A DNA stretch of 50,860 bases from Welwitschia mirabilis (GCA_051453625.1 JBOZIK010000001.1:11870575-11921434); one strand, 5' to 3'. Counted from the first letter of the stretch, positions 37,523 through 50,860 are shown. Numbers and translations are program-made. The notes: generated from the letters alone by a model not told the origin.

Positions 37523-40500
37523 TTAGTTGAAGAATAGAGAGGCAATCCTCAGTTCACTGTGAAGCCTTAGAAAGTTGTCAAAGTTCAAGGGTTTTGTGAA
37601 AATATCAGCAAGTTATTGATTAGTACTAATAAAATTCATTAAAATGTTTCCTTTATGTCAATTTAATGTATTTAATTTTAGAATACTAAATAGGGTTATT
37701 TAAGATATTAATTATACTTATGTTATTAAAAAATATTGAAACCTATTTAAAATCTACTCCAAAGTCTTTTAACATTTCCTTCATCAAAAGAAGATAGGTA
37801 CAACAACTTCCTATTACTATATACTTTGCTTCTAATGTGGAAAAAGAGATATAGTTTTGCTTATCCATTCTACTAAAGCATGATCCTAAAAGAAATTAAT
37901 TACCACTATTGTTTTTCTTATCATCTTTACACTCAATCTAATCTACATCACTAAAGCCTATAAGTTCAAAGAATGTTTTTGTAGGATACCATAATTCATA
38001 GTTACTTATGCCTTTTATGTATCTTATTATCCTTTTAACAACTTAAAGGAGTGATTTTTTTGGTTGAGTTTTATATCTAGCACACAAAGTAAAACTGAAT
38101 ATTATATCAGATCTACTTGTAGTTAGATACAATAAACTTTCTATCATGCTTTTATAATGTTTTTGATTGACTAATTTTCTCTGTTCATCAAGACTAATCT
38201 TGCAAGAAGTTGACATAGATGTGTTGGATAATTCTTCATTCTCTAGATTAAATCATTTGATCAAGTTGATTGCATATTTGGATTAAGATATGAAAATTCC
38301 ATGTTTTGTTTCTTTGATTTAAAGACCAAAAAACATTTAACTTTATGAAGAATACTCATTTCAAAATGCTTTGTCACAATACTAGTGAGTTATTTTGATA
38401 GAACTTCATTGAGGCTTAAAACATTATGTTGTTGACATAGATCTAAATGATAATAAATTTATTTTTCAAATTTTCGATAAACAACATTTTATCTACTTTC
38501 ATTAAGAAATGTAGATAGTTTTTTGTACTAAGATGTTGGAGCTTACTTTAAATCATATAAGGGATTTTTAATTCTACACACATGATTTGAGTTGAATGGA
38601 TCTATAAAACCTTGATGTTGTTCTACATAAACTTCTTTGTTAAGAGTTCCATTTAAAAAAGCACTTTTTACATCTATTTAATAAACTTTAAATGTTTTCA
38701 AAGGATGCATAAGATAAAAATATTCTAATACTATCTAGCCTAGATACAAGAGAAAAAGTATCACCTACATTTATTCCTTTAATTTGATTGTAACCTTGTG
38801 CCATTAATCTTGTTTTGTTCTTAATTACATTATTTTGTTTATCAAACTTGTTCTTGAAAATACATTTTGTTTCAATAACATTATATTATTTTAGTCTTCA
38901 AACAAGTTTTCACACATCATTTTCTTTAAATTGTTGAAGTTCATCTTGCATAGCCATCATCCATTCTTCATGAGAATTAGCTTCTTTAAACCTTCTTGCT
39001 TTAATTGAGAGACATAACAAATGTGAGCATAGAAATTTTTAAGATAGTTTCTTATATGAATTTTTAAGCTAACATATCCAATGATGGACCATAAAGGGTG
39101 ATCTTTTGGCTCTTTAAATGTTTTGGAAGTAATTTCTTTAGTTACCTCTTCTTCCTTTTTAGTTGGTACTTATTTTATTATGGAAGTGTCTGGAGTTAAG
39201 ATTTCTTTACTAGTCTTATGGTAAAATTATCAATTTAAATACTTATACACTCTTCTATTATTGGACTTTATTTATTACACACTCAATAGGTTCTACTTCT
39301 AGTTGAGTATCCTAAAAAGATTACTTCATCAACCTTTGACTCAAATTTACTCAAGTGTTCTCTATCTTTTAATATAAATCACTTGCTTCTAAAGACTTTA
39401 TAATATAAAACATTTGATTTTCTTCCTTTTCAAAGCTTATAGGGAATTTTTTCCATTCTTGATCTTAGGTAAACTCCATTTATAATGTAGCAAGTGGTCC
39501 TTACTACTTCAGCCCAAAATGTTTTAGGAACCTTCTTATCATTTAACATTGTTCTAGACATTTCTTGAATGACATAATTTTTCTTCTCAACAAATCCATT
39601 TTGTTAAGGCATCTTTGAAGTTGAGAATTGATGTTCTATATTATTATCAATATAGTACTTTTCAAATAGATGGTTTTCAAATTCTCCTCTACGATCACTT
39701 CTAATTTTCTTAATGGTGTATGTTTTTTCATTTTGGATTTTGTTGCAAATTTCAATGCAAATTTTATACATTTCATCTTTCTTTCTAAGAAAATCAACCC
39801 AAGTAAATCTAGAGTAGTCATCAATCATAATTAAGAAATAACATTTTTCTTCTAGACTTTTTTTTTTTGAGATGGACCCACCAAGTCTATGTGAATAAGC
39901 TCAAGAGGCATTGTTGTGGAGACTAGATTTTTACTTTTGTGAGAATTCCTAACTTATTTCCCTTTCTAACACGCACCATAAAGCCCATGTTTTTTAATCT
40001 TAATCTTGAAAATTCCTTTTTAAATCTTCTTTTTAATAATTATTTTAAGATGATCATAACTTATGTGACCTAAATGTTGGCGCCATAGTTCTTCTTGATT
40101 TATGACAAAAATAAAATGCAAATAAAGACTGATCAATACTATAAACAGTATTTATTCTCTTTGCATTAAGAAGAACATCATTTGTTTTTTCATGTCTAAC
40201 TTTGCACTTTTTACTATTAAAAATAATTTTATGCCTTTAATCACATATTTGACTAATACTAAGTAAATTATGCCTAAGGCCATTAACATATAAAATCTCA
40301 TTTATCTTAGGCATGTGTACTTTCATCAATGCTTCCAATTCCTTTGATATTTGCTATTTTGTTATCATCAAATGTAACGTTTCCTCCATTAAAGTCATTC
40401 AAGTGTTGGAATCTTGACTTGTTACTTATCATGTACCAAGAGCAACCATTATCCAAGTATTAGCTAGTTTCATTTGATACCTTAAAAGCTATTTGGATGA

Positions 40501-42088
40501 AAAGACTTTTCAAATTATTAGCTCTTATCCACTTAGTCCATTTGTGATATACATTTTCTTAGGATAAATTTAAAAGAAAGAGTACTAATAGAATTTGAAA
40601 ATAGCATTAACTTTTCAACGTTGAAAAATAATTTAGAATGACTTCACTTACTACAAAATTAACATGTAATTTTGACATATAATTATTTTTTCCATGTTAC
40701 CTAATTCGGTTATTTCATGGTCTTTGAGATTCCTGTTGTAAACTAGTCTTTATATCTCGAGCATCTGTTTCAATTTAGTTGAACTATTTAAAAATTTATT
40801 TACAAATGAGATAAACTTTTTACCTATTAAATAAGTTTGGAGTTCTTAGTTTGGGTTATTTTTTACTTTGTCTTTAACTCCTCCTTTTCTTTGGTTAGAA
40901 CCTTTACTATCTTATTTAGATCATTGATACGTGTTACCAATTTTTCATATTCTGAGTAAAGCATTTAGTAGATATCTTCAATCTTATTTTAATCTTATTG
41001 AATAATATTTATGCCATCTAGTCTTGATGAGATTTATTAGAGGAACTACTACCATTAAATAAAGTCTTCGTTCTCCATCTAACTCTTGGCTTGAGCTATT
41101 ATAATCCTTTTTATCTACATTATCTCCTGTGGCAATGAAGGATGATCTTTCTAATTTTTTTTGATCTCTTTTGTTGTTTGAACATTCATTTGCTACATAT
41201 CCATAACTCTTACAAGCATATCATTGGATCTCATTTTGTTTTTGTTGATCTTTTCTGAATTTGGAGTGAATTTTTTTTTATCCTTTTCTTGATTCACCTT
41301 ATTTCTTTCTTTTATACAAGAACTTTTTGAATCTCCTTGCTAAAAGTGTAATCTCATCTTCATCATGATATTCTTTTGATATTTCAGATATATATTCTTC
41401 TTACATACTCTTCAAGGCAAGAATTTTCTTTTTATCTTTAGTAAATTTCAGTTCATAGATTTGAAGATTACCTTAAAGCTTTTCAAGTACCATTCAATTG
41501 ATGTTCTTGATTTCTTTGATGGCTATAAATTTTGGTTCAAAATATTTTGGGAGAGATCTCAAAACATTTTGAACAACCTTTCCTTCCTTCATTCTTTTAT
41601 CTAGACTCACCATAGAATTTACTATATCTGTCAGTTTAGTAAAAAACTCTTAAAGTCTCTCCTCTTTGTCCATGTGAATGTCTTCAAACTCAAAAATGAG
41701 CATTTGTAGTTTTGTCTTCTTAATAGTAGATGTTCATGTACTATTTCAAGAATATCCCAAACTTCTTTGAAATGTTTATAGTTTATGATCCTTTTGAACT
41801 CATCTACACATACTGTACAAAATATTGCATTAAGAGCATGGGCATCTAGGGTAGCCTTGGGTTTGTCAATGGGGATCTATTAATCTTGAGATTTTACTAC
41901 CACTATGGTGTTTTCATTGATGTTATATTTAGATAAAGTGGGTATAATGTATTATTGTATATTACCTCCTCTAGATCTACATCTAAAGATTTAAGAAATA
42001 TTTTCATAGGGTCCTTTTAGTAGGCATAGTTTGTTCCATCAAACATGGATGATCTTCTAATAGAAAATCCATCTAAAGGATTACTCAT
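37523..42088 (-). pseudogene. Ty1/copia gag-pol remnant
   Basis: MSNPLDGFSIRRSSMFDGTNYAY*K (gag), *YACKSYGYVANEC (zinc knuckle), YLDNGCSWYM (protease), LWRQHLGH and IDDYSRFTWV...IRSDRRGEF (integrase), KTRLMAQGYNQ (RT), LADIFTKPL (RNase H). Confidence 0.95.
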
Positions 42089-42140
42089 ATTTAGGGTTCA
42101 AGAGTATAGATCTATTATAATATAATAAAGACTCTACATA

Positions 42141-42152
42141 TCTTTAATACTA
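42141..42152 (-). other. Decayed PBS (tRNA-iMet type)
   Basis: Minus strand reads TAGTATTAAAGA versus TGGTATCAGAGC, 2 nt from the LTR end. Confidence 0.6.
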
Positions 42153-42154
42153 AA

Positions 42155-43366
42155 TGAAGAATTTAGAACCCTAGAAGAAGGGGGATGAATAGGATTTAAA
42201 TTAAAAAAAAATTTACAAGATATCTCCAAAAGTATTGAATTCTAAAATATTTGTATAAATGAAAAACCAAAAATAATCTAAAAGTAAATAACTAAAAGTA
42301 TAAGATACTAATGGAGATTGACACATGATTTATAGTGGTTCGAGAAACCTCTTACTCCACTCTTGGTGACTAGCTTCTACCTAAGTCTAATCTAGATCTT
42401 TATTAATCACTTTCCACATATTCTAGGTTCATTACAATTAAAATTTTTAAAGGATTAGTCTAAACCTTAAAGAGAATACTATTCAATGATAATGGCATAC
42501 CATAATGCATAGATTCCACTAGATCTAAAGTACTATAATAATATTGCTATACTACTTGAGATGATAGTATAATTCATGAACATATAGGTAATAAAAGATG
42601 TTGTTTTTCTTTGGTCAAATAAGAGATATGTCCAAAAGTTCTTCAAAAAGATACTTAAAAAGTTCTTTAGTGATTTTGAAGGCTAACAAATATATAGGAG
42701 AAAATTTTTAGAATTTTATAAGTCAAATAGATTCTCTAGTAGATAAAAATGATAGGCCAATCGCTAAAAAAGTTCTATTTTCATCATGATTGGTTAACCA
42801 CTTAAAATATTTGATCGACCTCATCAAGTGTCATCACTAAAGTCAATCATCCTCATCTTTTTCTAGTTGATCTAAGTTTCTTATAGCTTTATGTTTGGTT
42901 GACCCCTAAGGAATCTAGTTAACTACATATCTGATCAACCACATTTTGATCTAGTTGACCCCATATATAGAAAAATGCAAAACAATATTTATGACCTAAG
43001 TTTAGTTAACCCCTTAAAAGTCAGGTTGACCCCTTAATGATAACGAATAAAAACATTTTACTCCAGGTTTGATTGACCCCTCTAGAATCTGGTTGAATTC
43101 TTGATATTTACATGTGATAAATTTGTTGCTTAGGTTTGGTGGACTCCTTAGGAATCTATTTTTGACACTTCATGGTATAGGTTTAATTGACCTTTTAGGA
43201 ATTTTCTCGACTCCTTTAAGGGTATGAAACTTATTTAGTTTAAGTAAAGTTTGTAACAAACTATTTTAGCTTTTGACCTATAAGGATTAATATTTTCTAC
43301 AAAGAATACGTACATTTTGCTAAAATAGAAAATGTTAGTTTGACATCAACTTAGCAAATTATAACA
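42155..43366 (-). repeat. 5' LTR of Sirevirus-like element
   Basis: TG...CA termini, direct repeat of 34420-35603, adjacent PBS. Confidence 0.93.
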
Positions 43367-44045
43367 AAATATGTTACCTTATTTTCTAAAACTTCTTTTA
43401 AACATTACTTAGCATATGATTCCTTTAGTTGAATAAAATGTAATGGAACTATTATATATGTCTTAACATATGTAATTCACATTATTTAATAATCCTAAAT
43501 ATCATAGCTACTAAAGACAAGAGGTTAAAAAGAAGAAGAATTCTTAGGAGAAAACAAATGAAAATTTCTATTGCAAAAATTAAATTACTACTTAAAACAA
43601 TACTAATGCGTCTAATATACTTCAATAAAAGTTGCTGTTATCTAATTACTCTTAGACTATAGATCAAAGATACATAAAAAATAAAACATTAATTTATAAT
43701 ATAATGTGAAGAATAATTTGAGATATAGAAATTAGAATAATATTAATTCAATGTATTAAATAAGTACATATCTTACATTAAGGACTTAGACTTAATTATC
43801 TCACTTAAATTAATAAGATAATGTAAGGGATCTGGTTCCAAGTCTTTTCTAATGGGATTTTCAGTACTTACTACTTTGATTATATTATTTAGCTAATTAA
43901 GAATATTTATTTACAAGGATAATATCCTTACTTAAATAGCTTTTGATTTTAAAATAAGTTATTCAATTTGGTTATGCAACTATAACATTGCTACTTGCAT
44001 TACTAGGCAATAGCAAGTAGCGATAGTTTTGGGAAAACACAAATG
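43367..44045 (+). mobile_element. Probable 3' part of the interrupted hAT element (dimerisation-domain relic and subterminal repeats)
   Basis: Weak LQKL...TNAS...RL...LIYN relic at ~43570-43705; AAGTAG(C/T)(G/A)ATAG-type repeats and a hairpin at 43987-44024; TIR-like GGGAAAACAC at ~44031. Confidence 0.35.
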
Positions 44046-44716
44046 TAAGGTACCATTGGGTATTATTACTAGGTGAGGTAAGTAGTGGAAGTTTCAAGAA
44101 AAAAATATAGGGTCATTAGGTTATCTTGAATAATTATAAGTAGTAATAGTTATAAAAGAAGATGTCATTCATCATTGGATTATGGTTCTACTATAGATTC
44201 ATCACTATCTATGATGATAAGTAATAGTAAGTAGCAATACTTTAGACTTTAGTTAACTTCATGTGTTTCTGATAATGTTTTCATTTTCATCTCATTCTGT
44301 TATCTTGCAAATGCATAACATCATAAATACACTCAAATTTTCCATCATATATGCCTCTCATAAGCCTTTTTTTAATGCATAGCATAGCCCTTTACTAGGT
44401 TCTTGATAAGATTTGTTAAAGACAGCTAATTAATTATATGAAGAAGGATCAAAATATACTTACAAGATAAAAATAAAATGAAAGAAAGTGTGTAGAACTA
44501 TAGTCATATTAAAGAATTAATTATTTAGGAAAAATTATAAAATGAAAAATATTGTATGTATAAACAATTTACCATTTCAATATCATCATCGTTATTTAGA
44601 AAAAGAAGGCATGAATGAAGAAGAATCTTTAAGATAAGGCTTATAAAGTGGAGTGAATATTAGAAAAATTTATCTTATTTATNNNNNNNNNNNNNNNNNN
44701 NNNNNNNNNNNNNNNA

Positions 44717-44802
44717 CCCTAGTGGAGGGGGGAGGGGGAGTGAATAGGATTTAAAAAATAATTGAATGACTTTTTAAGAATATCTTTACTAGAAATAAAT
44801 AC
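44717..44802 (-). repeat. Terminal fragment of another Sirevirus-like LTR
   Basis: AACCCTAG...GGGGGAGTGAATAGGATTTAAA matches the LTR termini at ~42167-42200 and ~34433-34460. Confidence 0.7.
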
Positions 44803-46004
44803 TGATATATGTGTGTAAATAATATTAAAATATTCTAGAAAATAAGGAATAGAAAGCATAGTATTGGTGGACTAAATTGAACTTTAAAAGTAGTCGATTC
44901 TTGAAATAATGAAATTTCAACTAGGCTTAGTATGGAGTGATTCAACCAATGAATGTCATACTCTGGAGAGTGCAAGATAACATTATAATTAAGCGTATAA
45001 ATAAGAAATAATAAACACTTTAATTTCAATCCAATCTTTTTGATTAATTTTATATTTTTGTAATGTAAAAAGGAGAATTAACGATGCAATATGCTAATGT
45101 GCAATGCAAAAATTGAAATAAAGATTAGATGCAAGCCTATGATAACTAAGTTTCTAAGTTGTCATCATCTAACTTAGCCCTTATGACCTATGTTTAATTA
45201 AAAATTAATCTAGGAAAGTAAGAGAAATCATGAGAATTAAAGAAGAAAGACATTTTATTAAATAACTTAAATGTCCTACAAATACCTCAATAAGGCAGTA
45301 ACTCCTCAATGTCAAAAGCATAGCCTAATCACAAAGAATGATGTCTTCTATGCTAAAATGGACCCTTGACTCCTTGGATGCCTTTGCCACCAATCCGCAT
45401 GTTAAATGGGGCTTTTTATAGCTTTTGTAAGGTGGTTATAGCTCAAAAAGGTTTGTACAGATGAAGATTCATCATTAGGCATAAAATAAACCTTAATTGA
45501 CTTAGTTAAGAAGAAGTTATGGTAACATCATGTTACTATTGTCATAAAAGATGACATATCACATGACACCCCCTTCATCATCCAATCATAGCTCACCATG
45601 TTAGAAACTCATTGGGATTTGAATTTGAAGTTAACAAATATATCGTCTTCTATGCCTTGGAGACAACATAGGACATGACCATCACCTAGACTCATCATGT
45701 TAGCCTCAGTAATCTGACCTCCAAACTTATTTTGAATGCATTTATCCTTATGATCGTGACCTCTATTGTGGAGATGATATAAGGGATGATAGCCTTTTTC
45801 TTGGGCTTTTCTTCTACTCTTTACTCCACTTTGCTCCTTAGTTGAATTCTTGTTTTTATGGATGAAAATATAGCACTTAAAGTCATAATTAAATTGTTAT
45901 ATTGGTTTACAACAAAATTTCTAAAAATGACTAAATTAAGTTCTTGTTCCCTATAAAACATCGCCAATTACACTATTAAAACATGATAATTTGGGATCAT
46001 AACA
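44803..46004 (-). repeat. 3' LTR of element B2 (LTR family B, ~1.2 kb)
   Basis: Minus-strand termini TGTTAT...ATATCA, preceded by the PPT, homologous to 18346-20167. Confidence 0.85.
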
Positions 46005-46239
46005 TAGCCTCCCACCTAGTATTTTATCAATTCCTTAACAAACAAAGTGAAAGAGGACTTTGTGATGCCAAATTACTAGGAAAATAAACCCTCAAAATGA
46101 AATCAAAAATTACATTGCATGCCTAGATAAAGTCGGAATTTAAGATAAAAGAAAGTCATCATCATTACATAAGTATCAATTACCAGTTACAAAAAAAATG
46201 TACCTAAGTACAATGATACGAAAGAAACATAGTTTTTAT

Positions 46240-48145
46240 AAAACTCAGTACTATATCAATAATCATGGGTCCCTGTGTGAAGAGGACCAGAATTCAACCT
46301 CCATATTAGTGTCTCTCTTAACACCTATCTCCATAGGTGGCTTAATAATAGGCTTCTTAATATTTGAAAAGTAATGAGAGATGTGCTCTCATAGGCTAGA
46401 TGTGGTCACATCGTGACGGACATGAACCATCTTAGGAATTCCCATAAAAGTATCTTACTGAAAGTCAATCACCCTCTCTAAGGTAGCTTGACCCTGCTCC
46501 TTTACAATGCAAACCTGTGCCTCCAACTGATCAACTCATGTGGTAATGGGGCCATGAATATCCTCTATCTGTGAACATAGCCTCTACTTTGTTCCTCCTA
46601 ACAATGTAATGAATTGATCCAGGGTGATGCCTCCAACTACTTGAGGCTGTCCAAGGGGAGATAACTATGTTGTAGGTACCTCACTAGGAACTGGTGGAGC
46701 CATACTAGGTATCTGTATTCCTAGTTGCCTAAAATAGGTATCATCAACTATGATATGGACTAAGTGAGGAGTATCTGCTAGAATGGGAATTTTAAATCAT
46801 CAAAAGAGAGTACTCAGTAGACAAGGATAGTTAATGATAGAAANNNNNNNNNNNNNNNNNNNNNNNNNNNNNNNNNNNNNNNNNNNNNNNNNNNNNNNNN
46901 NNNNNNNNNNNNNNNNNNNNNNNNNNNNNNNNNNNNNNNNNNNCAAGGATAGGTAATGATAGAAAATTAGCACTGGGTGCTCATCCATTTTAATTGGTAC
47001 CAAATGAAGTGACTAAGTCCATCCTCTCTCCATGATGAATAAGGGCTAAAAGCTAAAGATGGGAAATCATAGCATGCAAATCATGATGAACTAGAGCTAT
47101 GTTATGGATAATGGCTTAGTGAAGAATGCGATAATAGGAAGGTAAATATATCATAGTAATCCCTCACTGATCATCACTTGCATGATATGGTAACTCTAGC
47201 TAAATGACNNNNNNNNNNNNNNNNNNNNNNNNNNNNNNNNNNNNNNNNNNNNNNNNNNNNNNNNNNNNNNNNNNNNNNNNNNNNNNNNNNNNNNNNNNNN
47301 NNNNNNNNNNNNNNNNNNNNNNNNNNNNNNNNNNNNNNNNNNNNNNNNNNNNNNNNNNNNNNNNNTGAGGAGTATCTTCTAGAAACGAAATTTCAAATCA
47401 TCAAAAAAAATCACTCAATAGACAAGGATAGGAGATGGTAGAAAATCGGCACTGGGTACTCATCCAACTCAATCAGCACCAAATGAAGGTAGCTAAGTCC
47501 ATCCTCTCTGCATGATGAACAAGGGCTAAAATCTGAAGATGAGAAATCATAGCATGCGAGTTATGATGAATTACAGCTATGTTATGGATAATGGATCAGT
47601 GAAGAATGCAATAATAGGGAGGCAAATATATCACAGTGACCTCTCACCGATCATCACCTACGTGATATGGTAACTTCAGCTGGATGACATAGTTTTGCCT
47701 CTCTAATTCATTCCCACTAAGATCAATTCTCTCTCTATCTCTGGGAACCCTTATGATTGCTGCTATGTGCTATAGCTTAATATGTATGCGACGTCCCCCT
47801 ACAGAGGCTCTGATTTGGTCATAAAGTAAGCCATCCTCCCTGGTGATTGAGATAACCTCAAAGGCCTAGTAAAATTAAATAATCTTTACCTCATAGTAAG
47901 AGCCATGAGCATGTAATAATCAGCCTCAAATACCAAGCTCCTCCAGTGCATAGTTTAAGTCAAGCTTAAGTCTCTAAATGTAATCATCAAAATGCATCTC
48001 CCTCTGGTAAATGGCAGAAGTAAGGCTATGCCTTTACTCCTGAAGAATAGCCTCTCACTCCCATTGTTTTACTACCCAGGTAGTGTCAGAGCATGTGCAG
48101 GTTCGAGAAGAGGATGTACTTGCATCAGTACATAAAGAAATCCAT
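46240..48145 (-). pseudogene. Decayed Athila 3' accessory (env-like) ORF with gap-associated duplication
   Basis: GC-richer segment translating to EMHFDDYI*RLKLDLNYALEELGI...YYEVKII*FY*AFEV...IRASVG; resembles the ORF at 163-1350 (ERHFGDFIS*LDL...EFY). Confidence 0.6.
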
Positions 48146-50527
48146 AAAATAGATATGTTCCACTTTAAGAGAAAATGGAAAAATATTCATAACTTCATTT
48201 ATAGGTAATGAAATGTTCTTCCATAAGAACAGGATTGTAGCTAATGAAATAAGGATCGATTTGACATCTAACATGGCGAAAACTACTGTAAATTAAGTGC
48301 ATAATCAGTGAAAAACTTCAAAAAGTGAAAAACATAGAATTTAGAAGAAAATACTCATAACTTTGAGTTTAGCAGACAAAATTTAATTTCGTAAGTTTCT
48401 AAGCATAGATAGGCCAAAAATATAGGTGAGTATGGGAAGAAATCATCTAGTATAACCTATAATAAAAGAAAATAGTAAAATTCAAAATTTTAAACCATGG
48501 TAAAGATGAAGAAATACCTCATTTTAATAAAATATAACTAAGTTACTCACAATTAATAGCTCTAAAGCTGGAAGATGAGTGGGGTTCCTGAGAGAAGTCA
48601 GAGGAAACAAGTGGCACAAGATTTGTTTTGAAAATGAAGAAGAAAGAGGAATATATAAAAACATCTATCATACTATCATCACTCGTGTCATTTGGATGAC
48701 ATTAGCAATGACATATACATCATTTGCTCCATTATGTGGTCGAAACCGAGCATAATCATACAAAAAAACCGAGACAAAAAATGACAAACATTGTCCCCAA
48801 TGTCATGGGGATGACATCCTAAATGACAGCCTTCCTGGATTCTAATTGAACCTAGATTTTGAAGTTGGGCCTTAATAATGGAGGGCATGTTAATCATAAA
48901 CTCAGTTTTTATGAAATTTAACATTATGCTCAAAAATTATGAAAATGCCAATATGATGAAGGTAGGCCTTACAAGTTTTATTAAACTAGGCTCAAATTTG
49001 ATAATAAATCATGGATTATGGCTAAGTAATCTATAAAGGATCTACTGAAAAGGGATAATTTTTCCAATTGGCTAAAAATAGCATTTAAAGGGGTCTAATG
49101 GGAAAGTCCAAGAAAATTTTAGTGTTTTAGCCAATTTCTCAATTTTAAGCTAGTCCAAATTTAAGTGATTTTAAGTTTTTTAGCTAAGAAGATGGTGAGA
49201 ATCATGAATTATGTAGTAAATTTGCTAGAATTTGAAATTTTATATCATGTCTTATGTCTTGGGGATGACTTAAGGCACAACAATATTGCAACAACTATCG
49301 TGGCTTTTATTGTGGTAATAACATGAAGCACGATAGTATTGGCCTTAGTCATGGGAACAACATGAGGTATGACAGGAATTTTGAAGGTACATTCATAAGA
49401 TAAATTCTAAATTTAAAGTGAGGCAGTCATATGGATATTAGAGAAGCTTAATAATAATTAGGTAAAATAGAAATTTAAGGTAAAAATGGGTCANNNNNNN
49501 NNNNNNNNNNNNNNNNNNNNNNNNNNNNNNNNNNNNNNNNNNNNNNNNNNNNNNNNNNNNNNNNNNNNNNNNNNNNNNNNNNNNNNNNNNNNNNNNNNNN
49601 NNNNNNNNNNNNNNNNNNNNNNNNNNNNNNNNNNNNNNNNNNNNNNNNNNNNNNNNNNNNNNNNNNNNNNNNNNNNNNNNNNNNNNNNNNNNNNNNNNNN
49701 NNNNNNNNNNNNNNNNNNNNNNNNNNNNNNNNNAACATGAAGAAGGTTGGTCCATTTTGTTCTAGATGTCAACCTAACAAGAATTATACAAGATAATTGT
49801 TAGACTAATTAATGTGAAAGATATACATGATACAATTCTTTAAAGATAATAGATTCAAAAACAAGTAATTATGAAAAGCTACTCATCAAGGTACTCATAG
49901 AAATTTTTGAGTGCTTTTTATCTTCCTTCTTCTTTCTTTCTTTTCCTCCTCCCCACAATTTTTTTTTTTTTGGATTGGGGAGGAGGGGTGTTTTATTTAA
50001 AGAGGGAGATTGAGTGTTAAGAGACACTGTTCTTCATGATGAGGAAGGCGTAACTGTTGCCATAAGAAAAGGAATCCATAGGTAAAGACCTAATCATAAT
50101 CAACTGTTCCTTAGGTGGAGATTCCACAGCTATCATAAAACACTACCAAAAGACAATGGACCCAAAAGCCAATTGTTCATCTAGTACACTTGTGATAGAA
50201 CACCATGCAACTAAACATCATTTATTTTTCTTTTGAAGTTATTTGCACTTATCTAATGAGGTAATTAATGAGCATCAAGGATTCATAAGTATTTGAATAT
50301 CTTGATTTTTGATAAAGCCAAACTCATTACTTATTAAACATCATGAATNNNNNNNNNNNNNNNNNNNNNNNNNNAAGAATGATCAAGTAGTGACAAATCT
50401 AAGACAGGTCCAATTAAGAAGTCATCTAGCTAATAATAAAAGGAGGGAACTCCTCCTTTTCAAGAAGAGGGTCCTCTAACTCAACTACTTCTATCATGTT
50501 GACCGAGTAAGAGAAATCATCAGGTGA

Positions 50528-50860
50528 CTAATAATGCTTTAAATATTATCTATTTACCTTTATTATTTCATTAGTTTTTAGGTCAAAAATCTCAAATAAA
50601 CTATTATAATGCACTTTCTCAATTAGATATGGGCCTAACCATCTAGAAGTTAGTTTGTTATGAATTAAATAAACTCTAGAATTAAAGAGTAGAACATACT
50701 AGCTAGGGTGAAAGTCTTTATGCATAAGGTTTTTATCATATTCATGTTTGGCTTGGGCTTTGACTATAATTTGGCAATAAAGAGGTTGAATTCTCTTTTC
50801 ATCAAGGTGATTCAATTGGGTTAAGTATGCTTAGAGATTATTAGCATTAGAAACAAGGTT
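50528..50860 (-). pseudogene. Ty3/gypsy integrase C-terminal remnant
   Basis: QLNHLDEKR...KHEYDKNLMHKDFHPS*YVLLFNSRVYLIHNKLTSRWLGPYLIEKVH...KVNR*YLKHY; homologous to 3739-3990. Confidence 0.92.

Larger units (their letters stand above)
34420..43366 (-). mobile_element. Full-length but inactivated Sirevirus-like Ty1/copia LTR retrotransposon (~8.9 kb)
   Basis: Two ~1.2-kb direct LTRs, decayed tRNA-iMet PBS, gag-PR-IN-RT-RH order, env-like ORF, multiple GGGGGAG-type PPTs, and flanks AAATC/AAATA (4/5 TSD). Confidence 0.93.
44803..50860 (-). mobile_element. 3' half of Athila-type element B2 (integrase C-terminus, spacer, accessory ORF, PPT, 3' LTR); continues beyond window
   Basis: Integrase C-terminal motifs at 50528-50860, accessory ORF at 46240-48145, PPT AGGTGGGAGGCTA at 46005-46017, LTR at 44803-46004. 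Confidence 0.88.

Noticed and set aside
18346..46004. Family-B LTRs at 18346-20167 and 44803-46004 as the two ends of one giant element
   Set aside because: Each LTR is attached to its own internal region on the outer side (gag left of the first; PPT and integrase right of the second), so they belong to different copies

Overview
AT-rich eukaryotic (land-plant, probably angiosperm) nuclear DNA from a gapped short-read-type assembly. It consists almost entirely of old, nested, heavily C>T/G>A-decayed transposons. No intact long ORF is present; the long ORF-track entries are N-gaps or low-complexity sequence. Left to right: (GT)n/(AT)n microsatellite; a minus-strand Athila-type Ty3/gypsy element (extra 3' ORF, integrase, RNase H, RT, protease, gag, PBS, 5' LTR; ~130-11228); a same-family plus-strand copy starting only ~70 bp away, head-to-head, and truncated in gag (11299-13343); a third Athila-type element of a second LTR family, minus strand and truncated in RT (13343-20167); a partial Sirevirus-like LTR (20168-21226); a CT-rich duplicated tract; a very degenerate L1-type LINE (~22600-25860, +); a probable Tat-like RNase H/integrase relic (~25950-26560, -); a CpG-retaining non-TE island with clean splice signals (~29800-31200, probably small exons of a host gene); a degenerate hAT (DUF659-type) transposase interrupted by a structurally complete but dead Sirevirus-like Ty1/copia element with env-like ORF and multiple PPTs (34420-43366, -); and the 3' half of a fourth Athila-type element (44803->50860, -). 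All domain calls come from manual translation and motif recognition, not database searches. I found no convincing evidence of a new biological system. The most interesting points are the head-to-head LTR fold-back, the candidate GC-AG micro-exon island, and a shared accessory-ORF motif in both gypsy and copia elements.
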